Notes: generated by a model not told the origin, from the sequence alone. A stretch of DNA of 64,000 nucleotides from an uncultured Bacteroidota bacterium (GCA_963806435.1 CAWEBD010000075.1:5395-69394), one strand, 5' to 3'; positions 1 to 9,174 are shown, numbered from the stretch's first letter. A program made the numbers and translations.

Positions 1-14
1 CCGGGAAGATCTCG

Positions 15-857
15 TCATTTCACTACAAGCGTTCTGGAATCGATGGTGTAAGCCGAGAAATATCCGAGCGCGCCGTTGCTGATATTGGTTGAAGGATTCG
101 ACGGAGCAAGTGATGTCGGGCTCCTGTCGGCCTGAATGGTGGTTCTTAAAGTCCGGAGGTACTCGTAGGTGGCTTTGTCGATGGAGAGGAGGTCGACGCC
201 GATGGTGTCCCCGGGTACGATTGTCCCCCCGAGCCTGAATTCATACGACACCTCATTCCCGGTGGTGTACTCGTCGTCGTACAGGAATATGCCGCCGCTG
301 TCACCGAAAAGAGAGTCGGCAGGGATGAAATCCGCGTGAGGGACGATCCGGTAATAATTCCCAAGTTGCGGAGGATCTTTGAACCTGACATAGAATTGAT
401 ATCCCGACCTGCGTCCAAACGGCCCGTTCGACTTGACGGCATAGAAGGAATCAATTCCCACTTTCTGCGGCATGGAAGATACCGCGCCGTACGCCTTCCC
501 GTTCGCGATTACTTTCATTGTATATGTTCTTCCCGGAACGCCCCGCGGGTTTGGAGAATAGTAAACTCCGGCATCCGCCTCTTTTAAAGTGTCAGTGTTA
601 CCGACGTTGTCCGCGATTATGACAGTCGCTCCTGTCACAGCGGGATAATTGAGTGTCGGTGTGAAGTAATCACCGGTCATGTTGACGAGGACCGAATCCA
701 TTCCCCCCCGATCCGCCACGAGGCCCACGATCACGATTTGCGGATTCGACTGGTTAAGATCGACAGAAACGACCTTCTGGCAGGAATAGAAACCGGAAGA
801 TAGAAGCAAGACCGGCAAGATTTTCCATCGTCGAATCAAAACGAACAACTGTCTCAT
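15..857 (-). CDS. DUF4249-like lipoprotein, partner of the adjacent TonB-dependent receptor
   Basis: 280-aa ORF. Signal peptide ends in a lipobox-like LLSSGFYSC. Starts 16 nt after the receptor gene stop on the same strand. Family call comes from recalled DUF4249 architecture, not a search. Confidence 0.55.
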   Translation of the reverse strand: MRQLFVLIRRWKILPVLLLSSGFYSCQKVVSVDLNQSNPQIVIVGLVADRGGMDSVLVNMTGDYFTPTLNYPAVTGATVIIADNVGNTDTLKEADAGVYYSPNPRGVPGRTYTMKVIANGKAYGAVSSMPQKVGIDSFYAVKSNGPFGRRSGYQFYVRFKDPPQLGNYYRIVPHADFIPADSLFGDSGGIFLYDDEYTTGNEVSYEFRLGGTIVPGDTIGVDLLSIDKATYEYLRTLRTTIQADRSPTSLAPSNPSTNISNGALGYFSAYTIDSRTLVVK

Positions 858-873
858 GAATTCACTCTCACCA

Positions 874-3198
874 TCAAAATTTGAAATTGTAAGTGATGGA
901 CGGGATGATCGGGAAAATTGTTGTCTGCAGCGCCTCCGTCTGATTCGGGTTGCCGGGGACCGGTTGAAAAGTAATAGCGTATGGATTCATTCTGTCGTAT
1001 GCATTGTATACCGACAGGTTCAGATTGGAGTGCTCATTGATTTTCCATGTCACCGACAAATCGAGACGGTTGTACGGAGGCATCCTGTAGCCGTTCCTCG
1101 ACGTGTAATACGGAACGAGGCGTCCGCCAATCATATAGTTGCCGCTAGGAAACGTTATCGCGTTCCCGGTGTAGTAGACCCAGGTCGCGCCGAAGCTCCA
1201 TCTTGGATCGAGGTCATATACCAGCACGATTGAAACATCGTGAGTCCGGTCCTGCGTCGCGGGGAACGGCTGGCCGTTGTCTATCTGTGCGAACTGCTCT
1301 TCGGTTCGCGAGAGTGTATATGCAATCCAGCCGGTCAGCCGCCCGAATTTCTTCTTCAGCATGAACTCGACCCCGTAGCTCCACCCTCTCCCGAACAGCA
1401 GCAGAGATTCCACGGTCGGGTTGAGTCGAAGATCCGCGCCGTTTTTATAGTCGATAAGGTTCAGCATGTTCTTGTAATACAGCACGAGCGACGATTCATA
1501 CTCGTTATCATCTAAGTTCCGGAAATACCCGAGGTCGACCTGGTCGGCGTACTCGGGCGGAACGTTGTTGGTACTCGGGACCCACAGGTCGCTCGGATTG
1601 GTGGAAGTGGAATTCGAGAGTAGATGCAGGTATTGGACCGTCCTCGTGTACGATGACTTTATGGAGCTCAAGTCGTTTAGAACCAGAGTCGCCGTGAGGC
1701 GCGGCTCAAAACTGAAATAGGTCTTGATGAATTTGCCCGAACCATAGTCCATCGTATCGGCAGGATTCCCTTCACTGTTGTATGTGAAGACGCTCCCCGG
1801 CCCAAGCAGACTGAATGAAGACAAGCGCAAACCGTAATTTAGCTTGAACTCCGGCAGCAGAGTCGCGTCGTCCGATGCGTACAGTGCGTTCTCCAGCCCG
1901 AATTTCTTCTCGACCGACACGTCATTCAGTGTTATGCCGGGCCCGCCGGTTATCGAGCCGGGTAGAAATGTGTGATAGATGAAATCGGCCCCGAACCGGA
2001 TAGTATTTCCGGGATTCATGAAGTATTGGAAATCACTCTTGAGGTTCACGTCCCGGATTCCCGACGTTATCTCAAACTGGTTCGGGCTTGCTCCAACGTC
2101 GTTCGCGTAGGCATAGTCACTGTAAATGAGAGCTGTGTTGGAGAAGAACTTGTCGCCGAATATATGATTCCATCTCAGCGTGCCTGTCGCATTCCCCCAG
2201 CTGAAACCGAACACGTTCGGGTAACTGAAATTGTCCCGGCCGAAGTAGCCGGAGAGATAGAGGCGGTCATGCTCTCCGAAGCTGTAGTTCACTTTGGCGT
2301 TCAGGTCGTAGAAATAGAGCCTTACGCGGTTGATCGTCGTGTCGCTGGAAAGCCTGAGGAAAAGGTCGGCATATGTCCGCCTGCCGGAAACGATGAACGA
2401 TCCTTTGTCTTTCACTATCGGGCCGTCGATCGTCAACCTCGAATCCAGAAGCCCTATTCCGCCCGTGGCACCGAAGGTCTTGTCGCTTCCGTCGTCGGTC
2501 CTGATATCGACGACAGACGACAGCCGTCCGCCATATTCGGCGGGTATTCCGCCCGTCATTACGCTCACGTCCTTGATCGCATCGGAATTGAAGATGGAAA
2601 GGTATCCCAGGACATGGGACGGGTTGTAGACAGGCGCCTCGTCCAGAAGGATCAGGTTCTGATCGGCTCCGCCGCCACGCGCGTAGAAACCGGTGCTCCC
2701 CTCGCCGGCAGCCATTATCCCTGGAAGGAGCTGGATGGTCTTCATGACGTCCTTCTCGCCGAGGAGGACGGGAATCGATTTGAGCTGACGCACCTGAAGA
2801 TCGTTCGCGCTTATCTTCGTAGAGGTAACGTTGGCATTGGCATGTTCACCCGATACAACGACCTCTCGTTCCGTTAGAGGTTCGGGGGTCAGCTCGAAAT
2901 TCTTCACCATGTCGCGGTCGAGATCGACTGTGTCTGTAAGAAATTTGTAACCGAGATACTGAACGCGGAAGGTATGGACGCCTTCCGGAATCGTGATAGA
3001 ATAAAAACCGTAAGCGTTTGAAGAAGCGCCGACGGATTTCAAATCGGTGACTATAACGGTCGCCCCGATCAGCACTTCTCCACTCTCGGAGTTTTCGATC
3101 GTCCCGCTGATCGTGTAGGTCTTCTTAACCTGAGTGGAGCCGGTCATGGCAGTTGATAACGTGAGAATTGCTGCGATCAGCAAAGATGAGAACTTCAT
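874..3198 (-). CDS. TonB-dependent outer-membrane receptor with CarboxypepD_reg-like N-domain
   Basis: Start moved to ATG 3198, because the track start at 3357 adds 53 aa before the signal peptide MKFSSLLIAAILTLSTAMTGSTQ. N-domain: YTISGTIENSESGEVLIGATVIV...GFYSITIPEGVHTFRVQYLGYKF. Plug-like VLLGEKDVMKTIQLLPGI. Y/G-rich barrel ends in ITYNFKF. Confidence 0.85.
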   Translation of the reverse strand: MKFSSLLIAAILTLSTAMTGSTQVKKTYTISGTIENSESGEVLIGATVIVTDLKSVGASSNAYGFYSITIPEGVHTFRVQYLGYKFLTDTVDLDRDMVKNFELTPEPLTEREVVVSGEHANANVTSTKISANDLQVRQLKSIPVLLGEKDVMKTIQLLPGIMAAGEGSTGFYARGGGADQNLILLDEAPVYNPSHVLGYLSIFNSDAIKDVSVMTGGIPAEYGGRLSSVVDIRTDDGSDKTFGATGGIGLLDSRLTIDGPIVKDKGSFIVSGRRTYADLFLRLSSDTTINRVRLYFYDLNAKVNYSFGEHDRLYLSGYFGRDNFSYPNVFGFSWGNATGTLRWNHIFGDKFFSNTALIYSDYAYANDVGASPNQFEITSGIRDVNLKSDFQYFMNPGNTIRFGADFIYHTFLPGSITGGPGITLNDVSVEKKFGLENALYASDDATLLPEFKLNYGLRLSSFSLLGPGSVFTYNSEGNPADTMDYGSGKFIKTYFSFEPRLTATLVLNDLSSIKSSYTRTVQYLHLLSNSTSTNPSDLWVPSTNNVPPEYADQVDLGYFRNLDDNEYESSLVLYYKNMLNLIDYKNGADLRLNPTVESLLLFGRGWSYGVEFMLKKKFGRLTGWIAYTLSRTEEQFAQIDNGQPFPATQDRTHDVSIVLVYDLDPRWSFGATWVYYTGNAITFPSGNYMIGGRLVPYYTSRNGYRMPPYNRLDLSVTWKINEHSNLNLSVYNAYDRMNPYAITFQPVPGNPNQTEALQTTIFPIIPSITYNFKF

Positions 3199-3560
3199 AT
3201 ATCCGTATGAACGTTTACGCAATGAATTCAGTTTCCCTTGTGAAATACTACACGATTGGCGACGACATTCCCGGGAACTATTCAAGGATCCCGCTATATT
3301 CCATCCGAGGCACCAGAGAATATTCCCTTGCGCGATTGCTTGAGTCAAGGTGGACACTAAATACCTGTCGCCACTATGGCATTGGATGCGGCGTAGTTAC
3401 GTTCGGTTTGATTTCCGGGGAGAATTGAACGGGATTCCGTTTCGATCCGTCCTGCGTGGGAATTTCCTTCTGGATTGACGGTGCAACGTCGAGAGAAGTG
3501 ACACTTGCAAGACTTGCCGCAAATTCGGAAGGATGTCTTCCAGAGGCGACGGGGCGGCGC

Positions 3561-3950
3561 TCAGAGCTTCACTTCAAAAAACTCCGACAGGACTCTCACC
3601 GCCTCATCGAACATTTCCGACTTGATGAGGAGGTAATCCGTGTCGTACGTCGAGACTGAAAACACGCTTATCCCGGACGCGGCGAGCGGCCCGGTCATAG
3701 AGGAGATGATTCCGGTCATGGAAAGGTCGAGCGGCCCTTCCACCTTGAAAGCCCTCCAACCTCTCGACGCCGGAACGTCCGGCGGTATCGCGCTTCCGTC
3801 GCAGACTATAGAAAGCTCCTCGTTCGTAATGGTAATGGAGACGAAAGCGGATCTCTCCGTAGCCCACGCCGGGATTTTGACACCTTTCTCCAGCCTGCAA
3901 ATCGCCAGTTCCCACGGGAGGACGGAGAGCTTCAGTTTAGCCGCAGCCAA
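3561..3950 (-). CDS. ACT domain-containing protein (CASTOR/ACT_7-like)
   Basis: 129 aa. Pattern LSVLPWELAICRL...FVSITITNEELSIVC...GWRAFKVEGPLDLSMTGIISSMTGPLAASGISVFSVSTYDTDYLLIK matches the small two-ACT family as recalled. Confidence 0.65.
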   Translation of the reverse strand: MAAAKLKLSVLPWELAICRLEKGVKIPAWATERSAFVSITITNEELSIVCDGSAIPPDVPASRGWRAFKVEGPLDLSMTGIISSMTGPLAASGISVFSVSTYDTDYLLIKSEMFDEAVRVLSEFFEVKL

Positions 3951-4003
3951 CCGTCCTCCTCAATAGATGTTCGAATATGTCGTCGCCTCTTAGCCATTCA
4001 CTC

Positions 4004-6082
4004 TCATTCTGCCAACGTCTTAATAGCGCTTTCGGTTCCGGCAAAAAGCGCCTCTGGACTTACCGGCGAACCGGTCGCGTGCTTCATCCATAGGTCCGGC
4101 GCGACCCGGCCGTAAGTCGCCATCCGCTCAAACTCAACTCCGATGCTGCCTGCTTTCTTCATCTGGTCCTCGATCTGGTACGCAATAATATGGCCGATGG
4201 GATAATCCGGAAGATACAGAAAGCTGTCGATCATGTGGGAGTATACCGCGAGGAGGACGACATCCCTGACCTTGAAGACGGGCGCGTAGTATTTGTTCCA
4301 GGTATCTCTCGCGATCTGAAGAGTGGCCTCCCTGAGCTCACGTGGTGTCGCATCGGGGTGGTCATACATCCAATGCCAGACCGCCATATCGACGAGCGCC
4401 ACTCCGGAAATCTCGTATGTACCCCAGAAATCGTTCAGGACTTTGAGTGCCTCTGCATTCGGATCGTCGCTCTTCAGGCCGAGGAGTTCCAGGTCGTGTC
4501 CCTGGAAGACAAACGCGAATGCCTCCGTGAAGGCGGTATTCGGTACTCCTTGCAGGAGCGTGTGGTCGACGTAGTTCAGAGAAAAGGTCTGCTCGACATT
4601 GTGCCCCATCTCGTGCACGGCGATGTTGTATCCTTTATAGTTCATACCCGACTTCTCGACACGAGTCCTTAGGTGCGCTTTCGCGGATCTCATCGCCGAA
4701 CCCCACGCGTGTCCGGATCCGCGCGCCGGATCGACTATTATATTGTCCGCCAGGGCAACCGCCCGTTCCCTGCTGAATCCAAGCCTCATGAGGTTACCGG
4801 GAATGCTGTCATTGTAAGCCTGGGCTGTCGGGTACCTTGCTGAGACGATGGAATCCAGCTCGGCCTGCGAATATTCGCTCCGCTGCCTGAACCCATTGAA
4901 CCAGATGTCGAACGGCTCAAGCGGGCGTCCAAGCCTTTTTTCAATGAGCTCGCCCACACGCCCGACAAGGGGTGAGGAGACCACTTGTTCCAGCATTGCT
5001 TTCACCTCAGCCTCTGGGATCTCCCTCCCTTCATCAAAACGGCGGGCTATCAGGCTCGGCGCGGTGGGGAAATAAGGATCCACGAGACGCGAAGCCTGAA
5101 ACGTCCGGAGGAGCATTTCATACCTGGTATCGGGTTCCCTGTCGCGGCTTATTCTTTCGTCCTTCAGCGCCGATTCCTCGAAATCCCTCACAGCCGAAGA
5201 AGTCACTTCGCCCGTGAAGGGGTTCCAGTCCACTCCCGGATTGTCGATGACAGCTGCCGGGATCGTTTGCGTCACTATATTTTCCATCACGCGCTGGATG
5301 AAGCGCTGCTTCTCAAGCCCTCGAACCGGATCGGCGTAATCCGCCTTTATCTCGTCGCGAAGGTTCCAGTGCGAAAGGAGCCTTAGCTTCGCCGGGAATA
5401 TCCGCTCACCATTATCGTTCACCAGATGATGCATCCAGATGTTGTAACCGGATATATATTGTTCCGATCTGGCCGCCGCGCCGGCGACGGCGAGATTGAC
5501 TTCCGCCGGGACACGCGAAGAAAACCCCTGTGCCAGACGGGCCTCAGCCCATTGACGCCGGGACCAATTCGCGCCGTCAGTAACCCGCTCTTCGAGCGTC
5601 GTCATCGGAAAATTGAGTAGGACGACAAAAGCGAGTTTATTGCCGAAGAAGTCGTCCGCTATATGCGCAGCCGGGTCGTAAGCGAAGAAGATGTCATCGA
5701 AAGGATATGTCGTCCCCAGGTCAAGATCAGCCTGCGTCCTGAACTCGCGGCTGATTTCCAGCATGTGACCCGACAGCTTTTCCAGCAGATCCTCATACCG
5801 CTCGAACATAGCGTCGTGCGTCTTTCCATCGGGAGCAAAATTTGATTTCACGAATTCGACAAAAGCGGACGAGTCTCCATCCTGAGCCCGCCAGAAGTCG
5901 GCAACCTGTTCGATGCCCCGGTCCAGCCGCGACCGCGCGCCGGCCTCGAGTTTCGGGCCGAGGTCGGACTTAATGACGGAAGATGCCGCCGCCATCCAGG
6001 GCACCCGCTCCTGCGCGCGCGCTGGAGAGACTGCGGGAGATGCAATCAACACAATTGACAAATAAATGAACAGGCGTTTCAT
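4004..6082 (-). CDS. secreted zinc metallopeptidase (gluzincin, M2/M3-like)
   Basis: 692 aa. Signal peptide MKRLFIYLSIVLIASPAVSPARA. HExxH motif VHEMGHNVE, followed 26 aa after the second His by a candidate third-ligand Glu (TAFTEAFAF). The exact MEROPS family is not resolvable by eye. Confidence 0.55.
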   Translation of the reverse strand: MKRLFIYLSIVLIASPAVSPARAQERVPWMAAASSVIKSDLGPKLEAGARSRLDRGIEQVADFWRAQDGDSSAFVEFVKSNFAPDGKTHDAMFERYEDLLEKLSGHMLEISREFRTQADLDLGTTYPFDDIFFAYDPAAHIADDFFGNKLAFVVLLNFPMTTLEERVTDGANWSRRQWAEARLAQGFSSRVPAEVNLAVAGAAARSEQYISGYNIWMHHLVNDNGERIFPAKLRLLSHWNLRDEIKADYADPVRGLEKQRFIQRVMENIVTQTIPAAVIDNPGVDWNPFTGEVTSSAVRDFEESALKDERISRDREPDTRYEMLLRTFQASRLVDPYFPTAPSLIARRFDEGREIPEAEVKAMLEQVVSSPLVGRVGELIEKRLGRPLEPFDIWFNGFRQRSEYSQAELDSIVSARYPTAQAYNDSIPGNLMRLGFSRERAVALADNIIVDPARGSGHAWGSAMRSAKAHLRTRVEKSGMNYKGYNIAVHEMGHNVEQTFSLNYVDHTLLQGVPNTAFTEAFAFVFQGHDLELLGLKSDDPNAEALKVLNDFWGTYEISGVALVDMAVWHWMYDHPDATPRELREATLQIARDTWNKYYAPVFKVRDVVLLAVYSHMIDSFLYLPDYPIGHIIAYQIEDQMKKAGSIGVEFERMATYGRVAPDLWMKHATGSPVSPEALFAGTESAIKTLAE

Positions 6083-6445
6083 GACTCTTTCCCTTTCATG
6101 CGAAGTAAAGAACTTCGGCCCAAGCCGGATTCAACTTGCGAGATGAGGGCGATGTACAATGATGGTCAATAAATAAGGAGGGTGCTGCGCGACTAGATGC
6201 CCTGCTGACGACCGAATTTATTCTGCGCGGCGTGGAAATGCAAGCGTCTCGCTTTGAGTCACGGAGAGAAAAGAATAGAGGACGAAAGATTGGTCACTCG
6301 TCCAATCCGATGGACGATTTACTTAAACGAAAAGATTAGCTTTGCGTCACGCGCGCAAACCGCTTGCACTGCACCGGCATTATGTTGAGCCCGCCGGGAG
6401 ATTTGCATATCCATGGAGAATTTCCGCCGAAAGAAAGCCGGCGGA

Positions 6446-6486
6446 GATAAAAAGAGCGCAGGCGGCCCGATATACAGGCCGCCTGC
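6446..6486 (-). terminator. rho-independent terminator of the RRM-protein gene
   Basis: Located 10 nt after the stop at 6497. Perfect 10-bp stem GCAGGCGGCC/GGCCGCCTGC (6477-6486 / 6458-6467) with a 9-nt loop, followed on the minus strand by GCTCTTTTTATC. Confidence 0.8.
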
Positions 6487-6496
6487 TTTCAGAAGA

Positions 6497-6847
6497 TTAA
6501 AACCTTCTACGACCGCCGCCGCCGCCGAAGCCGCCGCCGCCGCCACTACCGCCGCGACGCGGGCCGCCTCTGCCGCCGCCGCCGCCGCCACCGCGACTGT
6601 CATCAGTCCGCGGGCGTGCTTCGTTGACGTTGAGAGCTCTTCCCTTGAGTTCCCTTCCGTTCAGCCCGGAGATCGCCGCTTCCGCTTCTTCCTTAACTGG
6701 CATTTCAACAAAGGCAAAGCCACGGTACTCCCCCGTGAACTTGTCCTTTATTATGTTAACACTCGAAACCTGTCCGAAGGCTGCAAACGCGTCGCGCAAC
6801 TCATCCTCACTCAGGTCCCTCGAGATGTTGCCGATGTAAATGTTCAT
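6497..6847 (-). CDS. RRM-type RNA-binding protein with Gly/Arg-rich tail
   Basis: 116 aa. RNP-2 IYIGNI and RNP-1 RGFAFVEM motifs. C-terminal RGGGGGGGRGGPRRGGSGGGGGFGGGGGRRRF is encoded by a GGC/GCC-rich tract. SD GAGGAG lies upstream of the ATG. Confidence 0.9.
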   Translation of the reverse strand: MNIYIGNISRDLSEDELRDAFAAFGQVSSVNIIKDKFTGEYRGFAFVEMPVKEEAEAAISGLNGRELKGRALNVNEARPRTDDSRGGGGGGGRGGPRRGGSGGGGGFGGGGGRRRF

Positions 6848-7047
6848 CTTTACTCCTCAAAGTTGTTAAATGATAATTTGACTGTCCCATGCGTCCGATT
6901 GGGAATAATAAGGGCTAACGAGAAATGAGAATGACCAGTCATAGGAGGTCGGCGCGAAGAAGACTCATTTGAAGTGAATTCGCTCATGCAACGTGACGCC
7001 TCTAGAAGGGCGCTTTTCGACTGATCTCATATTCGATCCTTACGTTT

Positions 7048-7076
7048 ATGATAAACAATTTTAATTCAACTAACAA
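7048..7076 (-). promoter_or_regulatory. candidate sigma70-type promoter of the RRM-protein gene
   Basis: On the minus strand, TTGTTA (7076-7071), a 17-nt spacer, then TATCAT (7053-7048). This would give a leader of about 190 nt. Pattern match only. Confidence 0.3.
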
Positions 7077-7175
7077 ATGTTTTTCTTGCCGGAACGATTT
7101 TCGGCTACCACCAGGAATGTGGCCCGAGCTAACAATTTGGCTTAAATTTCTCGTTTTTTGACGCTAAATTGGGAC

Positions 7176-7961
7176 ATGAAGAAAAAACCTCTCATACTTG
7201 TATCAAATGACGACGGCATAGACGCGCCGGGGCTGTACACTCTTGTCAGGGCATTGAAAAGATTCACAAGAGTCGCAGTCGTTGCTCCGAGCATCCAGCA
7301 GAGTGCCGTCGGCCACGCCATCACAGTCAGGACACCACTCCGTGCTTACAGGTTTCACAGAAACGGGACTCTATTCGGCTATGCAGTCGACGGCACCCCC
7401 GCCGACTGCGTGAAGCTCGGCATCAGAACTCTTCTGAAGGAAACCCCCGCACTGGTCATCTCAGGGATCAACGACGGCCTTAACACCGCCGTGAACGTGA
7501 TCTACTCCGGTACCGTCAGCGCCGCGACCGAAGGAACAATCCTGGGCATTCCCTCAATTTCTGTTTCTCTGGAGTACACTAAGAACCCCAACTTCGATAC
7601 CGCGGCGAAGGTCGCGGTAACGTTCGCCAAGTTTGTCCTTCAGAACGGTCTGCCCGAAGACACGATACTGAATATTAACGTGCCGGCAATACCGGCGGGC
7701 AAGATTAAAGGGATCAGGTACACACGACAGGGCCGCTCGCGATGGGATGACGAATTCTACCAGAGAAAAGACCCGAAGAACAAAGATTATTTCTGGCTGG
7801 CGGGAAAAATGCGCATCCTCGACCGCGGCGAGGATGTTGACCAGATCGCTTTGAAGTCAGGGTACGTATCGGTCACGCCGATACACTTCGACCTGACCCA
7901 TTATCAGTTCCTGGAAATGATGCGCATTGAGTGGGACGGCAAGTTCAAGCTCAAACTTTGA
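7176..7961 (+). CDS. surE: 5'/3'-nucleotidase SurE
   Basis: MKKKPLILVSNDDGIDAPGL N-terminus (DDG metal site), SGINDGLN and YSGTVSAA motifs. ATG at 7176 is preferred over the track TTG at 7158. Confidence 0.9.
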   Translation: MKKKPLILVSNDDGIDAPGLYTLVRALKRFTRVAVVAPSIQQSAVGHAITVRTPLRAYRFHRNGTLFGYAVDGTPADCVKLGIRTLLKETPALVISGINDGLNTAVNVIYSGTVSAATEGTILGIPSISVSLEYTKNPNFDTAAKVAVTFAKFVLQNGLPEDTILNINVPAIPAGKIKGIRYTRQGRSRWDDEFYQRKDPKNKDYFWLAGKMRILDRGEDVDQIALKSGYVSVTPIHFDLTHYQFLEMMRIEWDGKFKLKL

Positions 7962-8031
7962 ACGGGCAGTCCGGCTGTTGTTGTTCGGATTGGGGATACT
8001 GTAAGGCAAACTCTAGCTGTGCACAAACCCT

Positions 8032-8137
8032 TCAAGCGGTGAGGGAGTTGCACTCCCGAACCCCCGGGGCGCCCAAGCTGTGAGGGAGTTACACTCCCGA
8101 ACCCTCTCAAGCGGTGAGGGAGTTGCACTCCCGAACC
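8032..8137. repeat. three tandem REP-like palindromic units
   Basis: 31-nt unit TCAAGCGGTGAGGGAGTTGCACTCCCGAACC at 8032-8062 and 8107-8137, plus a variant CCAAGCTGTGAGGGAGTTACACTCCCGAACC at 8073-8103. Each has a GGGAGT-N3-ACTCCC hairpin. The array lies between convergent surE and the OsmC-like gene. Confidence 0.75.
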
Positions 8138-8147
8138 TTGGGGCCCT

Positions 8148-8552
8148 CTACTCGACTATTCTTATCTCGTATGTAATCTTTGCCTTGAGCGATGCCGCGA
8201 CAGAACAGTACTTCTCATGGGACAACGATACGGCGTGTTCCGCGTCGGCCTGCGTTACATTTCCGTGCACGTTGTAGACGATGTGTATATCGGTAAACAC
8301 CTTCGGGTGTTCCTTCGCCCTCTCGCCGGTGACCTCAAGATCGAGCCTCCGCATGTCGGCTCGTTTCTTCCTCAGGATGGACTCGACGTCCATCGCGGTG
8401 CAGCCGGCCAATCCGATAAGGACAAGCTCCATTGGCCCCGTCCCCGCCGCACTGCCGTCGTCGTTCAGCGACGCGTCGACCGGCACCCAGTGGTTCGATT
8501 CACCCTTGCCTACGTAAGTGTTTCCGTTAACCTGTTTAAGTTCTATCTTCAT
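8148..8552 (-). CDS. OsmC/Ohr-family peroxiredoxin-like protein
   Basis: 134 aa. Two conserved Cys in OsmC-like context (LIGLAGCTAMD ... HEKYCSVAASL). Last gene of the redox operon. Confidence 0.8.
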   Translation of the reverse strand: MKIELKQVNGNTYVGKGESNHWVPVDASLNDDGSAAGTGPMELVLIGLAGCTAMDVESILRKKRADMRRLDLEVTGERAKEHPKVFTDIHIVYNVHGNVTQADAEHAVSLSHEKYCSVAASLKAKITYEIRIVE

Positions 8553-8572
8553 TCAACTACTCCGGGTCGTTC

Positions 8573-8749
8573 TTATTTTCCGCCGGTCGCGAGCATGATG
8601 CCGAGAACCGCGAAAAAGATCGCGCTCATTTTGGGATTACATAAGATCGGGCAGGCACCGATGGTTTTCGATTCGAAGAATCTCCCTATGAGAAAACCCG
8701 CCGCCGCTCCACCGATGCCGCCTATTGCCGCGAGAAGATATACGTTCAT
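8573..8749 (-). CDS. small Cys-motif membrane protein (58 aa), paralog of 10573-10770; below the ORF-track size cutoff
   Basis: Hand translation: MNVYLLAAIGGIGGAAAGFLIGRFFESKTIGACPILCNPKMSAIFFAVLGIMLATGGK. Its ATG overlaps the upstream stop (CCATGAACG, ATGA coupling). Shares GAAAG[FY] and G-x-CPI-xx-NP with the 65-aa ORF. Confidence 0.55.
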   Translation of the reverse strand: MNVYLLAAIGGIGGAAAGFLIGRFFESKTIGACPILCNPKMSAIFFAVLGIMLATGGK

Positions 8750-9174
8750 GGCTTAATGTAGACGAATCCTTCGTTCTCAAGCTCCGCGATGTCGATTATG
8801 CCCGCCGGCACAACCTTGCAGCTACCGAGTACATCCTGTGGCTTGTACCCGAACGCCTTAAGGCTTGTTCCGCAGACATGAAACTCAACATCACCGGTCG
8901 AGACGAGATCCTTTATTTCACTTGATAACTTCGCGTCGCCCTTCTTCAGGAAAAATTTCACTGCCGGTCCGTTCGCGACGACAACCATCTTGATGTTCCC
9001 TTTCCCCGCGTGCATTTCGGCGCTGTGGGCGTTGTGAAATGCCATCTCCAGCCGCTCCGATTGGGGGGAATCCACGTGAAAAAGTATTTTGAGCTGCGGC
9101 TTGGGCCCGGCTACCGCTGCGGCAGCCATTAACAAGAAAACCGAAAAAGAAACGAAGAAGCGGCTTTTCGTCAC
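8746..9174 (-). CDS. secreted DsrE/DsrF-like family protein (COG1416-type)
   Basis: 142 aa. Signal peptide FLLMAAAAVAG. Pattern ILFHVDS...MVVVANGPAVKFF...FHVCGTSL...VVPAGIIDIAELENEGFVYIKP resembles the DsrE-like family, which ends in GY.YIKP. Confidence 0.6.
   Translation of the reverse strand: MTKSRFFVSFSVFLLMAAAAVAGPKPQLKILFHVDSPQSERLEMAFHNAHSAEMHAGKGNIKMVVVANGPAVKFFLKKGDAKLSSEIKDLVSTGDVEFHVCGTSLKAFGYKPQDVLGSCKVVPAGIIDIAELENEGFVYIKP

Noticed and set aside
3199-3560. Possible cobalamin or other riboswitch in the 362-nt region upstream of the TonB-dependent receptor
   Set aside because: It contains AAGGGAA...GGTGCC, which superficially resembles part of the B12 element. However, no B12 box (AGCCAGGAGACCTGCC-like) or GCCACTG core was found. 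A TTGACT-17-GAATAT promoter-like match is the only supportable feature, and it is weak.
6319-6928. Ala-rich ORFs (94 aa on minus, 171 aa on plus) overlapping the RRM gene tail
   Set aside because: They are generated by alternative frames or strands of the GGC/GCC tract that encodes the Gly/Arg tail of the RRM protein. They also span the strong terminator hairpin.
7904-8128. 74-aa minus-strand ORF across the surE 3' end and the REP array
   Set aside because: It is translated through repeated palindromic units (repeated LPHRL peptide) and overlaps surE. It is a repeat artefact.
8032-8137. Possible miniature CRISPR array (three direct repeats)
   Set aside because: There are only three 31-nt units, separated by 10 and 3 nt, which is far too short for spacers. 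The units are internally palindromic like REP elements, and no cas genes are present in the window.
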